64,000 bases of DNA from Azolla caroliniana (taxonomy: Eukaryota > Plantae > Polypodiophyta): contig JBHGNT010000017.1 in assembly GCA_043228905.1 (NCBI GenBank), positions 12,896,001 to 12,960,000 on the forward strand, given 5' to 3'. The notes under the pieces are model-generated. The model worked only from the letters and a program-made list of their open reading frames with translations, did no database searches and was not told the origin of the DNA. Shown piece by piece: positions 10,638 to 22,844 of the stretch (position 1 is the stretch's first letter; each line of letters opens with the position of its first letter). The translations under genes and the position numbers were made by a program.

Positions 10638-13600
10638 GTCCCGTAATAAACAGAAGTGCCAACTTTGTACCGCCAGGCATTTCCTCTCGTCCCGGTTCAT
10701 CTCCTCCGGAGGCAATCCGGTGCTCAGAAATTGTTGCATATTCGTTAGCCACTTATCTTCTTGTGCCACAGTTTCATTTGTTGCCATTTCCGCGGTGACT
10801 CGAAATAGCTGAGCATCCGGAAACTCGTTCGGGACTCCGTCACCAGTCTCGTCGGAATCTAACCGACTCAAATAGTGTGTTACTGCGTGCTGTATACCGA
10901 GTTAGTGGAATATTTCGAACTCAAATTCTTGTAACAACAACGTCCATCGTGCCAACTTACCGGTTAGTGACGCTTTGGAAACGAAATAGAGGAGTGCCGA
11001 ATGATCTACGAGGAAGGAAAATTTCCTTCCCAGCAAATAATGTCTGAATTTTGTCACGTTGTAGATCATGCCCAAAGCTTCCCTTTCCGTGGTGGAATAA
11101 TTTCGTTCGGCTTGGGATAACTTTCAGCTTGCATAATATAAGGGCCGGTACCACCTTGGCTTCGTAAGTTGCATCAGCGCACTTCCAATTGCAATGTCGG
11201 ACGCATCCACGAACACATGAAACTCCTTAGCCCAATCCAGGAGTTGCACTACCGGCGCTTGCGACAATAGTACTTTGAGTGCCCGGTACGCCTTGTCTTT
11301 GGTGTCTGTCCACTGGAACGGTGTTCGGTGTACCGCAGCATGCAGTGGTGTAGCTAGGTCCGCTAGATACCGGAGCATTCGGCTATGCCACCGGATTTGG
11401 CCTAAGAAACGGCTTAATGCTTTGGCCGTTGTTGGTGTCGGTGCCTCCAAGATTGCTTTTACTTTGTCGGGGTCCACGGCAATTCCTTCCTTGCTCACAA
11501 TGTGTCCTAATAGCGCCCCGCTTGACACTCCGAATACACATTTTGCCGGATTCAAGCTTAGCCGGTAAGCCTGACATTTCTCTAGACACAGTCGGAGGTG
11601 CTGAAAGTGATCTCCTTCCCGGCTATAGACGGCGAAGTCATCCAGAAACACCTGCATGAATGCCGGTATGAATTCTCCGAATATTTCCATGATGATCCTC
11701 TGGAACGTTGCCGGCGCCGTTTTTAGTCCGAACATCATTACTACAGCAACAAACACTCCCCATTCGGTGACGAAAGCCGTTTTCTCCTGGTCGTCGGGGT
11801 GCATCCGGATCTGGTTGTATCCGTTGAATCCTTCTAAGAAACTGTATACCTCATGGCCGGCGACTGCGTCCAAAACTCCATCCTTAAATGGGAGTGGGAA
11901 TGCATCTGTTACCGTCGCCACATTAAGCTTACGGTAGTCGACACAAACTCTAATTTTGCCGTTTTTCTTTGGTACGACTACTATCGGGCTCAGCCACGTA
12001 GATTTCTTTACTAGGCGGATAAAGCCAACCCTCAGCAACTTGTCGATTTCCTCCTTGACTTTGGCGGCGTAATTTGGATTCATCCGGTACCACCGTTGTG
12101 CTACCGGTTTGGCGTCTTTGCTCAAATATATCTGATGTTGATATAGCTGCGGATCAAGCCCTCGCATATCCTCGTAAGAATAGGCAAACATGTCCCGAAA
12201 TTCTTTGAGAAGTGTAATCATCGCCGTTTTGTTCTCCGGAGTCATTTCCTTGGCGATGTGCACCGATCTCGCCTCTTCTGTAGTTCCTAGATTTACCTCC
12301 TCTAGTTGGGATGCTTTAACCCGTTCCGATACGGCAATTTCTCTTTCCAGCACCTCTTGTGCTTTTCATAGCTCTCGCATCACTTCTTTATTTGGTTCCT
12401 CGTCGGCTCCGTCTGGTTGCAGTATGTATGGTGATACGGTTTCGGCTGCGTCGATTTCGAACAGAGGTACGATCTTCGGATTATCCTACAAGTATTGATC
12501 TACCTCTTCGTCTGCTAATCCGTCTAGCATATTGATGCATTCAGCATATAGGGGTGTCAATTCCTTCCTTGTACCCGTCTGTGGTTGTGTCGGTACCCAT
12601 ACTTTTGCTTTTCCCCTCCGGAAGGTGATTATATTCTTCCTCCAGTTTTGTTTAATGTGCGCCGTTTTCAACCACGGCCGTCCCAACAATAGTGGGTAAG
12701 CTCCTTGTGCCTGTAGTTGTAGCAGTACTGCCGAAATGCGAAATGTGTGGCCGCCAACCATTACTTCCAAATCTCGTATCAAGCCGGTCGGTCACACTGA
12801 GCTTGTATCCGCCATCCGCAGCCAGAACGAGCATGGTTCCCACTCTTGGATTCCCAAGGTTTTGCACGTTCAGAGGTTAATCACATTAACGTTGGATCCT
12901 CCATCTATTATTGTTCCGGGTAACTCCTTTCCCTTGACGATGGCTGTGATTGTCGGACTGTTTGTGTCTACTACCATTGGTCCCTCCTCCGGATTTGAGA
13001 AGAATGTTGGAGCCGGTGGTGTTTCTCCTGCCGTCATGCCTGTCTTGAGTCCTTCTATGAATCTGGGCACTAGCTGCAAGAGCCGTCCTAATGGCAGCGT
13101 GATTTGGCATTCCTGCAATGCCTGCCATGTTGCAATTTCGGGCTGACCGCCGCCAGCGAGCTCTTCGGTATTTTCCTTTTGTTGCACAAGCTCTGCCATG
13201 TTTCGCGCATTCGCCTTTTTTACCCATTCCATTGCCTGCTTGCGGATGGCCTCTTGCGCCTTTCATTCCGTCGCCTTACCCTTCGATCTTGTGGTTACCT
13301 ATTGCAGGTCTGCGACTTCGGCGACTACCATGTTCACCGCCAGTCGTTTATCATAGCTCTTTGTCGGGCATTGATTACTATAATGTCCTTCTTGTCGGCA
13401 ATAGTAGCAATATGCTTTCCGGGTAGTGCTGGATTCGGCGTTGTTTCCTGCCCCCGGTGGAGGACCTGTGGTAACGACGGGGCTTTGATCCGCTTGGCTG
13501 CTTGAGGCATCCTTCTCCAGTTCCCATAGGTAACCCCTTTTCTTGAAATGGCGTTTCTTTTTGTTTCGATACTCTTGACGGGGTTGGTCATCATGTCTCC

Positions 13601-15097
13601 CGTAGGCTTCCCGTCGTTGGTTGTAACCGGGGGATTGGTCCCGATTGTATCTTTCATACCGCCCATTATAATCCTGGTACCGATCATATCTATCATACCG
13701 GTCATAATTGTCCCTATACCGGACATCCTGTGCCAGTCGGTATCGCTCTTCTCGCCTCCAACGTTCTTCTTCCTCCTCCTTGGTACTCCGTGGTTCGATT
13801 TGCCGAACCGGTGGTGCTTGGCGATTCAACAAATTGTACTCGCATTGCTCGATTGTGTGGTTCCTGGAATGGCACAATAGACATTGCGACCGCATGGTAC
13901 ATTCTAGTGCTGAGTGTCCGGCATTTAGGCATGTTGTGCATTGAATGGCCTGTCGAAACCGGAGATCCTCATCGGTTGGTAACACTCGTTGGAGTGCTCC
14001 CATTGTTAGCCAAGAGCTTGTTTTCTCCATTTCTCTAACCCGGTCGATGACCTGGTCGATGGTACTTGTGCCAAAGTCGATGACCGTGCATACCGTACGT
14101 AGAGGTTCCCGGAGTACGGCTAAGAATATAGCCCGTGTTTCTTCCTCCGGAGGTGTTCAAGTAAGCTGACTGTGCATCCGTTGAAACTGGATGACAAACT
14201 GTTGAATGCTCTCCCCAGGGTCCTGTCGGATGGTATAAAATAGTCCCACCATTTCTCTCTGGTCCACCTCCTTCTGAAAGAAGTGCAAGAATTTAGCTTT
14301 CAGGTCCGCAAAGGTGGTGATGGTGCTGGGGTCCTACGTCAGGTGCCATCTAGCGGCGGGTCCTTCCAATGTCACGCCGAATTCGGCTATCGATGTGACA
14401 CATGGTTCGCCTCCCATGTTTGTTGAAAAGCGTGAACATGAGCCTCCGTGTCTGGGTCATCCCTATACTTCGAGTACTGGAACGGCATGTCGTCGTCCAG
14501 TGTCGGTGCACAGGCTGGCGGTGTCGGTGGTCTTTCCTGCTCTTCCGTCGGCGTCGGAGGTCGTTGTTGTTCCTCTATCGGAGTCGGAGGTCTTTGCCGA
14601 ACCGGTGTCGGTGTCACCGGCTCGAATTCCGGTGTCGGGGGTCTTTCTTTGTCCTCTTCTGTCCCCGGAGGTTGCTCCACGTCTAGTGCCGGAGGTTCCC
14701 GGTCTGACAATTCTAGTTCCGGTATCGGTAGTGTATCCGACTCCTCGTCCTCCGGTCCTCCTGGGGTGTCGTTACTGTTGCGATAGTTCATGTGTGCGCT
14801 GTAACCCCCTTCCGAATCTGATTCCAGCGCCGAAAATGCTTCGGATTCGCCGTCTCTTCCGGCCAAGGCCTGGAGAAGGGATTCCGCTTCCCGAAGACTG
14901 CTTAAGCTGCTTCCTTCGTCCAGGTAGGCGTTTTGTTGCAGACGGAGCGACTCCTCCGCCACTTTCCGGATAACTTTGGAAAATGATCGATCCGATCCGA
15001 TTTCTTCTGCCACTTGCTAGAACGCCTCTCGCTACCATCGTCGTTCAGCAAGTCTTCGTGCTCTCTCCGTAACCGGGTCGTCCGTTGGCCTAGTCAT
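10638..15097 (-). pseudogene. gag-PR-RT-RH of element A
   Basis: ORFs 14387-15013, 13299-14030 (CTTCLNAGHSALEC, CYYCRQEGHYSNQC), 12870-13232 (protease) and 11124-12353 (RT/RH); stops and frameshifts between them. Confidence 0.92.
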
Positions 15098-15129
15098 CCA
15101 TTCCCGCCGTTGTTCACTGCGATTGTGCA

Positions 15130-15146
15130 TCCCATCGTGGTCACCA
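15130..15146 (-). promoter_or_regulatory. PBS of element A, probably tRNA-Arg
   Basis: Minus strand TGGTGACCACGATGGGA next to the LTR; resembles the complement of plant tRNA-Arg 3' ends (from memory). Confidence 0.6.
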
Positions 15147-15153
15147 AAAATTG

Positions 15154-15617
15154 TGTTATTCCTTAGGGCCGGACAACAACCTAACATAGCATGTCCACTT
15201 AAGACACTTCACCAAAGGGTGTTACGGCGAGATAACTTACAACACAACGCTTAATTCGACCTTAATCAATTACTTAGCAATACTTCAATAACACGCGTAA
15301 GATATACAATAAGCACAGAACGGTGAACAATACTCAATGATTAAACAAAAGGTTTATATTACTCTCCGTTAATGACTACATTGTAATCGGGCCTTTATAT
15401 AGGTCACCGGTGCGAAGTACAAAACAGTGCCAACCGGCACCTATTCAGGATCGGTCCGGATCCGGATCGGCATACCAATTCCAGTCCGTCCGTCCACATC
15501 TTCTCCTATATTAATATATATATTAAGACTAGTAATTTCAACAGATTCCCAAATAACAATTCCCATTTTCACACCCTGGTCTTTGCCGTCCTTAGCTCCT
15601 TTGTCGGCTGGGTAACA
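15154..15617 (-). repeat. 5' LTR of element A
   Basis: Terminal inverted tgtta/taaca, a TATA-like tract, adjacent PBS, and a sharp junction with the 5S spacer at 15618. Confidence 0.85.
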
Positions 15618-15700
15618 GGTCCCTCGATTTTAGTTGTCCTCGTAGAGCATTTCTACATAGGTCTCTCTAGCATTAGTACCTCGGACCGTACAGCATTATT

Positions 15701-15819
15701 GTGGTGCAGTCATACCAGCGCTAGTACACCGGATCCCATCAAAACTCCGCAGTTAAGTGCACTTAGACCAAAACAGTACTAGGATGGGTGACCTCCTGGG
15801 AAATCCTGGTGTTGCACCC
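15701..15819 (+). rRNA. 5S rRNA gene copy 1 (diverged, possibly pseudogene)
   Basis: 119 nt, gtggtgcagtcataccagc...agttaag (box A)...aggatgggtgacc (box C)...gttgcaccc, followed by a TTTTT Pol III terminator. Confidence 0.88.
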
Positions 15820-16271
15820 TTTTTGCTTCGAGCCGTGTTCTTTTTGTGAAGAGTACTAGGATGGGTGACCTCCCGGGAAGTCTTGCCCATGGGTTGCGTT
15901 CTTTTCGCGCCCGAGCCGTTCCCGTGCGTGTGCGCTCCTGGCATTCCTAGAGGTGGACGAGAGCGTAGGATGGGTGAAGCGCCAAGGGGCATTGTCGTTC
16001 GGTCTAGGTTAAGTGCGTCATCCGGATCAAGGAGAGGGCGTAAGAGGCTATTGTGTAGGCGTGGGTGGCGAGGTTCGAATCCGGGGCAGGGAAGATATAT
16101 ATATATATGTACCCCTTGTCTAGGATCCAAGGCCTTAACCTTAGCCTTTGCCAGCGCCCGTCGCGCGTACCGTTGGGACGGCGACGTGGGTCCCTCGATA
16201 TTAGTTGTCCTCGTAGAGCATGTTTGCATAGGTCTCTCTAGCATTAGTACCTCGGACCGTAGAGCATTGTT

Positions 16272-16369
16272 GTGGTGCGGGGATCCCATCAAAACTCCGC
16301 AGTTAAGCACGCTTGGGCCAGAAAAGTATTGGGATGGGTGACCTCCTGGGAAGTCCTGGTGTTGCACCC
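16272..16369 (+). pseudogene. 5S rRNA copy 2 with ~21-nt deletion near the 5' end
   Basis: gtggtgcgg is joined directly to ggatcccatc; 98 nt; T-run follows. Confidence 0.88.
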
Positions 16370-16644
16370 TTTTTGCTTCGAGCCGTGTTCTTTTTGTGAA
16401 GAGTACTGGGATGGGTGACCTCCCGGGAAGTCTTGTGCATGGGTTGCATTCTTTTCGTGGCCGAGTCGTTCCCATGCGTGTGCGCTCCTCGCATTCCTAG
16501 AGGCGGAAGAAAAGCATAGGATGGGTGAAGCGCCTAGGGGCATTGCCGTTCAGTCTGGGTTAAGTGCGTCATCCGGATCAAGGAGAGGGTGTAAGAGGCT
16601 ATGGGATGGGCATGGGTGTCCAGGTTTGAATCCGGGCAGGGAAG

Positions 16645-16675
<31 letters not shown>

Positions 16676-16843
16676 CTCCTTGTCTAGGAGCCAAGGCCTT
16701 AGCCTTAGCCTTCGTCGGCGCCCGTTGCACAGGCAGTTGGGACAGCGACATATGTCCCTCAATTTTAGTTATCCTCGCGGAGCATTTTTGCATTGGTCTC
16801 TCTAGCATTAGTATCTCGGAACGCTGACCATTGTTGTGGTGTG

Positions 16844-19800
16844 TGTCGAATACCTGTGTATAATGGACGTATTCACACCATCCCGTTTTGGCCATTTATG
16901 TAATTAGCATAAAGGGCAGTTGCCCTAAGTCGGTCACTATATATAGTGACCTTGTAACCTCTTTGTGAGGTTGGTTGTTGTATTGTTGCTTTATCAAATA
17001 AGAAACTCTTTTTGTGTCTCTCTCTCTCTCTCTCTCTGTGCAACGACATACAAACAGTCATACGCAGGTACTCAGCAGGGATCGAATGCTTCTTGATCTT
17101 CCGCACAGACGACATTGCTTCCAACATCTGGTATCAGAGCCTGCACAGTAGTCGGTCCTTCAATCCGCTGTCGGCCGTCGTCTCAGCATTCGGTTTCCTG
17201 CGTCATTCGAAGAAGAGAGAAGAAGAAGAAAAACAGGTTTGCATCTCATCGCGTTAGATCATCTTTGCTTGGAGTAAGCCAGCAGGTTGTACTTCCCTCC
17301 TTGTGATCGTAACCGCTCGAGGTGAAATCCCCTTGTGCATCATTGACACGATCGTGCTCCATTCGGTTAAACGGCATCCGAAGAGGTCTCCAAACGCTGC
17401 TCGTTGTAACCACTCGGTGCAGATCGGTCTCAAGACAACAACCCCAATTCGTGCTTCATCCGGCTAATTGACATTCGAGAGGATCAGTTGGATCTGTCTC
17501 TCTCGTCGCTGCAGCCAACCGAAGCAAAATCGGTCCAGATAATCGGTTTCAATAATCGGTATTCGGCATATATATCCGAAGCGAACCGCGCTCACTTCGA
17601 CTCGGCAACATTCGGGAAGACCAGTCGGTTCTGTCCCTCAAGCTACCGGAGTCAATTCGAGCAAGTTCCGAAGCCGAACCGACTCGGGTTCAAATCCGAC
17701 TAGAACGATATCGGGTGAGCCAACCGGCTGCACTCCAACAAGGTTCGTAGTCAACTCCGAACCGAGCTTCGTCAACCGAAACCGAATTTGATGGCATCAA
17801 CATCCGGCTCGTCAGAAATGAGTCTACGAAAGTTCGATGGATCGAACTTCAACTTCTGGAAAGAGCAAATGCAGGACTATCTCATAGTCAAGGGACAAAT
17901 CGATCCCATCGAAAATGAAGAACCTCCAGAAGGGTACAAACCAATCGAGTGGCAGAAGCTGGACAGAATCGTCCGCGCCACGATTCGGATGCACCTATCG
18001 GAATCAGTATACTTCACAGTGCAATCGTGTACGACAGCATTCGAACTGTGGAAAACACTGTCGGACACTTACGAAAAGAAGGTCGCCGCAACAAAGATGT
18101 TTCTGATCCGGCGCCTCTACAACTTGCGGATGAAAGAGTCCGATTCGGTTCAAGCACACCTCAATGAGTACGAAAGCATAAGCTCCCAAATCTCGTCACA
18201 GGGGACGGCAATCGAGGATGAACTCAGAGCAATGATACTCATGAGTAGCCTTCCCTCATCATGGGAAACTTTCGTCACAACCGTGTGCAACGCGTCAACC
18301 ACGGCTGTCAAATACTCCGAAGTCACGAGCGCAATTCTGACCGAAGCAGCTCGGAGAAAGTCTTTTGCCAAAGACTCAACAGACGACGCTTACGTAGTAC
18401 AAGGTTCGACAGACCGATCGAACATACGAGGAAGAGATTCCTCACGACCGCCGAACAATCAGCGAAGACGGAGCCAGTCACGGGATAACCGAATCTGCAA
18501 CTATTGCAAGAAACCCGGACACATCAAAGCCGACTGCCGCGCACTCAAGAACAAGAACAACAAGAAGAGTGGCCGGCATGAGGAGGTCAACTACGTCAGC
18601 TTCTCAGCTGATGTGCTACCAGACGACCCGAATATACTATCAATCGAAAATCCAGTCGGATCAGAAGTTCTACTCACGACTGAAGAGTCGAGCACATGGC
18701 TCTTAGATTCGGGCGCGTCATTTCACGTGACTCCTCATCGATCCCAATTTCGGCAATATACGATCCGTCACTCCGACTCAGTTCGAGTCGGTAACTCGCA
18801 ACACTGTGACATCATCGGAATCGGCACAGTAGAGCTCAACCTTGCAGGTGGCTCAACACTTGTACTCCACAATGTCCGACATGTACCCGAGCTCTCAAGG
18901 CCATTGATCTCAGTCGGACAACTAGATGAAGACGGCATTCGTGCCGGTTTTTCTTCGGGAGGGTGGACACTCCACAGGGGGAACCTCCTGCTTGCTAGAG
19001 GACCTAAGATACACTCATTGTATCCGTTACATGTTACGCTCAGAGAGGGTAACCTGTTTTTGGTGGATATTCCTGTGTCATCACTATGGCACCGAAGATT
19101 AGGACACCTCAGCAAGGTCGGCATCACGCATCTATCCAGAGCCGGGTACATCCCCAAACTCTCCTTCTCCGACCATCAATTCTGCGAGCATTGCCAGTAT
19201 GGCAAACAAGTAGCCGCATCACACCCGACATCAGCACCAAAAGAAACGAGACCTCTCGATCTAGTCCATTCGGACGTCTGTGGCCCAATGCCGAATCAGT
19301 CTCTAGGCGGTGCCTCTTACTTCGTCAGTTTTATTGACGATTCGACTCGAAAGGTGTGGGCTTATCCAATTCGCACCAAAGATCGTGTCTTCTCGATCTT
19401 CACCGATTGGCTCGCTATGGTAGAAAATCAAACCGACCGAAAGCTGAAATGCCTTCGGACCGATAATGGGGGAGAGTTCAAATCCGACGAATTCGTCAAA
19501 TTCTGCCGACAACGCGGCATCCGACATGAATTTACGGCACCACACAGTCCGGAGCAAAACGGGATTGCAGAACGAATGAATCGGACAATCCAAGAAAGGA
19601 TAGTTTCCATGCTCCAACACTCCGGACTGTCGGATGGCTTCTGGGCAGAGGCTCTACTCACGGCAGTACACATAATCAATATGTCGCCAAGTAGACCTCT
19701 AGGACTTCAAATTCCTCAGGAACTATGGATCGGCAGCAAGCCGAATTACGACAAGCTGAGGATCTTCGGATGCGAGGCGTACGCCCTTATTCCGAAAGAT

Positions 19801-22279
19801 GATCGCCGAAAACTTGCACCTCGGTCCAGGAAATGCATTTTCCTTGGATATGGATCAGACGGCGAAATGGGATACCGACTCTGGGACCCCGAACGCAGAC
19901 AAATCGTTCGAAGTTCGGACGTTGTGTTCAACGAGTCGGCTATGAATCCATCAGTCGAAAAACCGATCGAAGTCCGAAGGGTAACATTCTCCGATGTGCC
20001 GACCCTTCAAGAAGGCCCCGCTCTTAACACACGGTCAGCTTCACGGGTAGCTGAACCTTATCCTACCGACTCGGACAACTCTGACTCGGCACAGCCGAAT
20101 GATTCGGTTTCGGACCATCCGACCTCGATACCCGATGCGACCAGTCCAATCATACCTCGACGATCCGAGAGACTGTCGCAACCTCCGGAGAGGTATTCTC
20201 CTGGAATTTTCTTCACCGACGCCGGCGAACCGACGTCTTACGAAGAAGCATCGACATCTGTCGATTCGGCCACCTGGCATCTGGCGATGGAGTCGGAAAT
20301 GCACTCCATCCGTGCAAACAAGACTTGGGATCTGGTCGAATTACCTAGGAACCGACGTGCTCTTCCTTGCAAGTGGGTTTATCGACTAAAAGAGACGTCT
20401 GATTCGACCACCCCAAAGTACAAGGCCAGATTAGTTGCGAAGGGCTTCCGACAAGAATATGGCGTCGACTTCGACGAGATTTTTTCACCAGTGGTGAAAA
20501 TGACAACCCTTCGTTTTCTGCTCGGCGTCGTGGCAGCCGACAACTTGGAGCTGATTCAGCTAGATGTCAAAACAGCCTTCCTCCATGGTGATCTCGAGGA
20601 GGAAATTTATATGGAGCAGCCAAAAGGCTTCGTGGCAACTGGCCAAGAACATCTAGTCTGCCGACTCAGGAAGAGTCTATACGGCCTCAAACAGGCACCG
20701 CGACAATGGTACAAGAAGTTCGACGACTTCATCCAATCGATCGGCTTCTCCAAAAGCGATGAGGACCATTGTCTCTTCACCAATACATCTCAAGATGGAT
20801 CACCCATCTTCCTCATCATTTACGTGGACGACATGCTAATTTCTGGCCGCCACGCGGGCGAACTTGCCGATCTCGTTCGGCAACTGCGGTTGAAGTTTGC
20901 CATGAAGGACCTCGGTCCGGCACGACACATCCTTGGCATGAAGATTAGTCGGCATCGCGATAAACGACATCTTTTTTTGTCTCAGACCGACTATATCGGA
21001 CGTGTCTTGGAACGCTTCAACATGCAATCAGCCAAATCTGCTTCAACCCCACTCCCTATGAATCTTCGGCTCTCTCAGCGAGACTGCCCGACATCCGGTT
21101 CGGAGGGGGAAGATATGAAGTCAGTACCGTATGCACCGGCAGTCGGCTCCCTTATGTACCTGATGGTCGCGACACGGCCTGACATCTCTCATGCCGTAGG
21201 AGTCGTTAGCAGATTTATGCACAATCCTGGCCGATCGCATTGGAACGCAGTCAAGCATGTGTTCAGATATCTGGCTGGCACAAAAGACCACGGCATTCTT
21301 TTCGGTCCGAACCGAACCTCAGGCGTAGTCGGTTACACCGACTCGGATTTCGCCGGCTGTATAGACAGTCGGAAATCAACAACCGGATACTGCTTCAAAT
21401 TCGGCAATGGAGCAATCTCGTGGAAGTCGAAACTTCAGGAGTGCACAGCGACCTCAACGACCGAAGCAGAATATGTAGCTGCGTCCGACGCAGCAAAAGA
21501 AGCTTTGTGGCTCGGTCGGCTGGCGCACACGTTTCGACAAGTCGAACATGACTCGGCTCCAGTTGTCTACAGCGACAGTCAAGGTGCTGTTGCCTTGTCG
21601 AAAAATCCGGTTCACCACAACGCCTCCAAACATATCGATGTTCGATATCACTTCGTTCGGGACTGCGTCATTTCAGGGAAAATCGGTCTAGAGAAAATAT
21701 CCACAACCGACAATGTCGCAGATGGAATGACCAAGTGTCTTTCGGCAGACCGTTTTCGGTCTCTTCGGCATCAGATGGGCGTAACGACAAACCAGTCCGG
21801 TTAGAGCCGGACACAGAGCAGGATGGTTCCCGACAACCGACATCAGTTCCTTAATGATCGGCTTCAACTGTTCCGACCCGACCAGTTCGGTCTTCTGCCT
21901 TCGGACCCTGCCGACTCGAACAAAGCTGATATGTCCGAGAACCTAAGTCTATACCTGTAACCTTAGATAACCCATGTATACGCCCATTACGGGGGAGTGT
22001 CGAATACCTGTGTATAATGGACGTATTCACACCATCCCGTTTTGGCCATTTATGTAATTAGCATAAAGGGCAGTTGCCCTAAGTCGGTCACTATATATAG
22101 TGACCTTGTAACCTCTTTGTGAGGTTGGTTGTTGTATTGTTGCTTTATCAAATAAGAAACTCTTTTGTGTCTCTCTCTCTCTCTCTCTCTGTGCAACGAC
22201 ATACAAACAGTCATACGCAGGTACTCAGCAGGGATCGAATGCTTCTTGATCTTCCGCACAGACGACATTGCTTCCAACA
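16844..22279 (+). mobile_element. Ty1/Copia LTR retrotransposon, intact and very young
   Basis: LTRs 16844-17126 and 21998-22279 differ only by a 1-T indel as far as I can see. TSD GTGTG; PBS TGGTATCAGAGCC (tRNA-iMet) 17129-17141; PPT gggggag. Confidence 0.98.
17791..21804 (+). CDS. Copia gag-pol polyprotein (Gag-PR-INT-RT-RH)
   Basis: Uninterrupted ~1337-aa ORF with CNYCKKPGHIKADC, WLLDSGAS, HSDVCGP, LRTDNGGEF, YVDDML, YTDSDFAG and KHIDVRYH. Confidence 0.97.
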   Translation: MASTSGSSEMSLRKFDGSNFNFWKEQMQDYLIVKGQIDPIENEEPPEGYKPIEWQKLDRIVRATIRMHLSESVYFTVQSCTTAFELWKTLSDTYEKKVAATKMFLIRRLYNLRMKESDSVQAHLNEYESISSQISSQGTAIEDELRAMILMSSLPSSWETFVTTVCNASTTAVKYSEVTSAILTEAARRKSFAKDSTDDAYVVQGSTDRSNIRGRDSSRPPNNQRRRSQSRDNRICNYCKKPGHIKADCRALKNKNNKKSGRHEEVNYVSFSADVLPDDPNILSIENPVGSEVLLTTEESSTWLLDSGASFHVTPHRSQFRQYTIRHSDSVRVGNSQHCDIIGIGTVELNLAGGSTLVLHNVRHVPELSRPLISVGQLDEDGIRAGFSSGGWTLHRGNLLLARGPKIHSLYPLHVTLREGNLFLVDIPVSSLWHRRLGHLSKVGITHLSRAGYIPKLSFSDHQFCEHCQYGKQVAASHPTSAPKETRPLDLVHSDVCGPMPNQSLGGASYFVSFIDDSTRKVWAYPIRTKDRVFSIFTDWLAMVENQTDRKLKCLRTDNGGEFKSDEFVKFCRQRGIRHEFTAPHSPEQNGIAERMNRTIQERIVSMLQHSGLSDGFWAEALLTAVHIINMSPSRPLGLQIPQELWIGSKPNYDKLRIFGCEAYALIPKDDRRKLAPRSRKCIFLGYGSDGEMGYRLWDPERRQIVRSSDVVFNESAMNPSVEKPIEVRRVTFSDVPTLQEGPALNTRSASRVAEPYPTDSDNSDSAQPNDSVSDHPTSIPDATSPIIPRRSERLSQPPERYSPGIFFTDAGEPTSYEEASTSVDSATWHLAMESEMHSIRANKTWDLVELPRNRRALPCKWVYRLKETSDSTTPKYKARLVAKGFRQEYGVDFDEIFSPVVKMTTLRFLLGVVAADNLELIQLDVKTAFLHGDLEEEIYMEQPKGFVATGQEHLVCRLRKSLYGLKQAPRQWYKKFDDFIQSIGFSKSDEDHCLFTNTSQDGSPIFLIIYVDDMLISGRHAGELADLVRQLRLKFAMKDLGPARHILGMKISRHRDKRHLFLSQTDYIGRVLERFNMQSAKSASTPLPMNLRLSQRDCPTSGSEGEDMKSVPYAPAVGSLMYLMVATRPDISHAVGVVSRFMHNPGRSHWNAVKHVFRYLAGTKDHGILFGPNRTSGVVGYTDSDFAGCIDSRKSTTGYCFKFGNGAISWKSKLQECTATSTTEAEYVAASDAAKEALWLGRLAHTFRQVEHDSAPVVYSDSQGAVALSKNPVHHNASKHIDVRYHFVRDCVISGKIGLEKISTTDNVADGMTKCLSADRFRSLRHQMGVTTNQSG

Positions 22280-22844
22280 GTGTGGTTGTACGAGTGCTAA
22301 TACACCGGATCCCATCAAAACTCCGCAGTTCAGCGCGCTTGGGCCAGAACAGTACTAGGATGGGTGACCTCCTCAGAAGTCTTGGTGATGCGCCCTTTTT
22401 GGTTCGAGCCGTGTTCTTTTTGTGAAGAGTACTAGCATGGGTGACCTCCTGGGAAGTCTTGCGCATGGGTTGCGTTCTTTTCATGTCCGAATTGTTCCCG
22501 TGCGTGTGCACTCATGGCATTCCTAGAGGCGGACGAGAGCATAGGATGGGTGAAGCGCCGAGGGGCATTGCCATTCGGTCTGGGTTAGGTGTTTCATCCG
22601 GATCAAGCAGAGGGCGTAAGAGGCTATGGGGTGGGCATGGGTGGCGAGGTTCGAATCCGGGCAGGGAAGATATATATATATGTACTCCTTGTCTAGGATC
22701 CAAGGCCTTAGCCTTAGCCTTCGCCGGCGCCCGTCGCGCGTGCGGTTGGGACGGCGACGTGGGTCCCTCTATTTTAGTTGTCCTCGTAGAGCATTTTTGC
22801 ATAGGTCTCTCTAGCATTAGTACCTCGGAACACAAAGCATTGTT

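Larger units (their letters stand above)
1..15617 (-). mobile_element. Ty3/Gypsy LTR retrotransposon A (non-chromovirus-like), decayed; 3' LTR lies outside the window; interrupted by element B
   Basis: 5' LTR 15154-15617 (tgtta...taaca). PBS at 15130-15146. Minus-strand gag with two CCHC knuckles, protease IIDGGSNVN, RT VFLDDF, RNase H VFVDASD and integrase WGLDFVGPF, in Gypsy order. The right flank resumes the 5S spacer (ggtccctcg). Confidence 0.93.
16836..22395 (+). pseudogene. 5S rRNA copy 3, split after nt 8 by the Copia insertion
   Basis: 16836-16843 plus 22285-22395 reconstruct a 119-nt 5S followed by a T-run. Confidence 0.88.

Noticed and set aside
13299-13301. Stop-codon read-through after the gag of element A
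   Set aside because: A second in-frame stop follows closely and the element has many deamination-type stops, so the TAG is probably a mutated CAG.
15753-16543. 240-aa and other ORFs over the 5S array
   Set aside because: Translations of 5S and spacer sequence; frames are not conserved between units.
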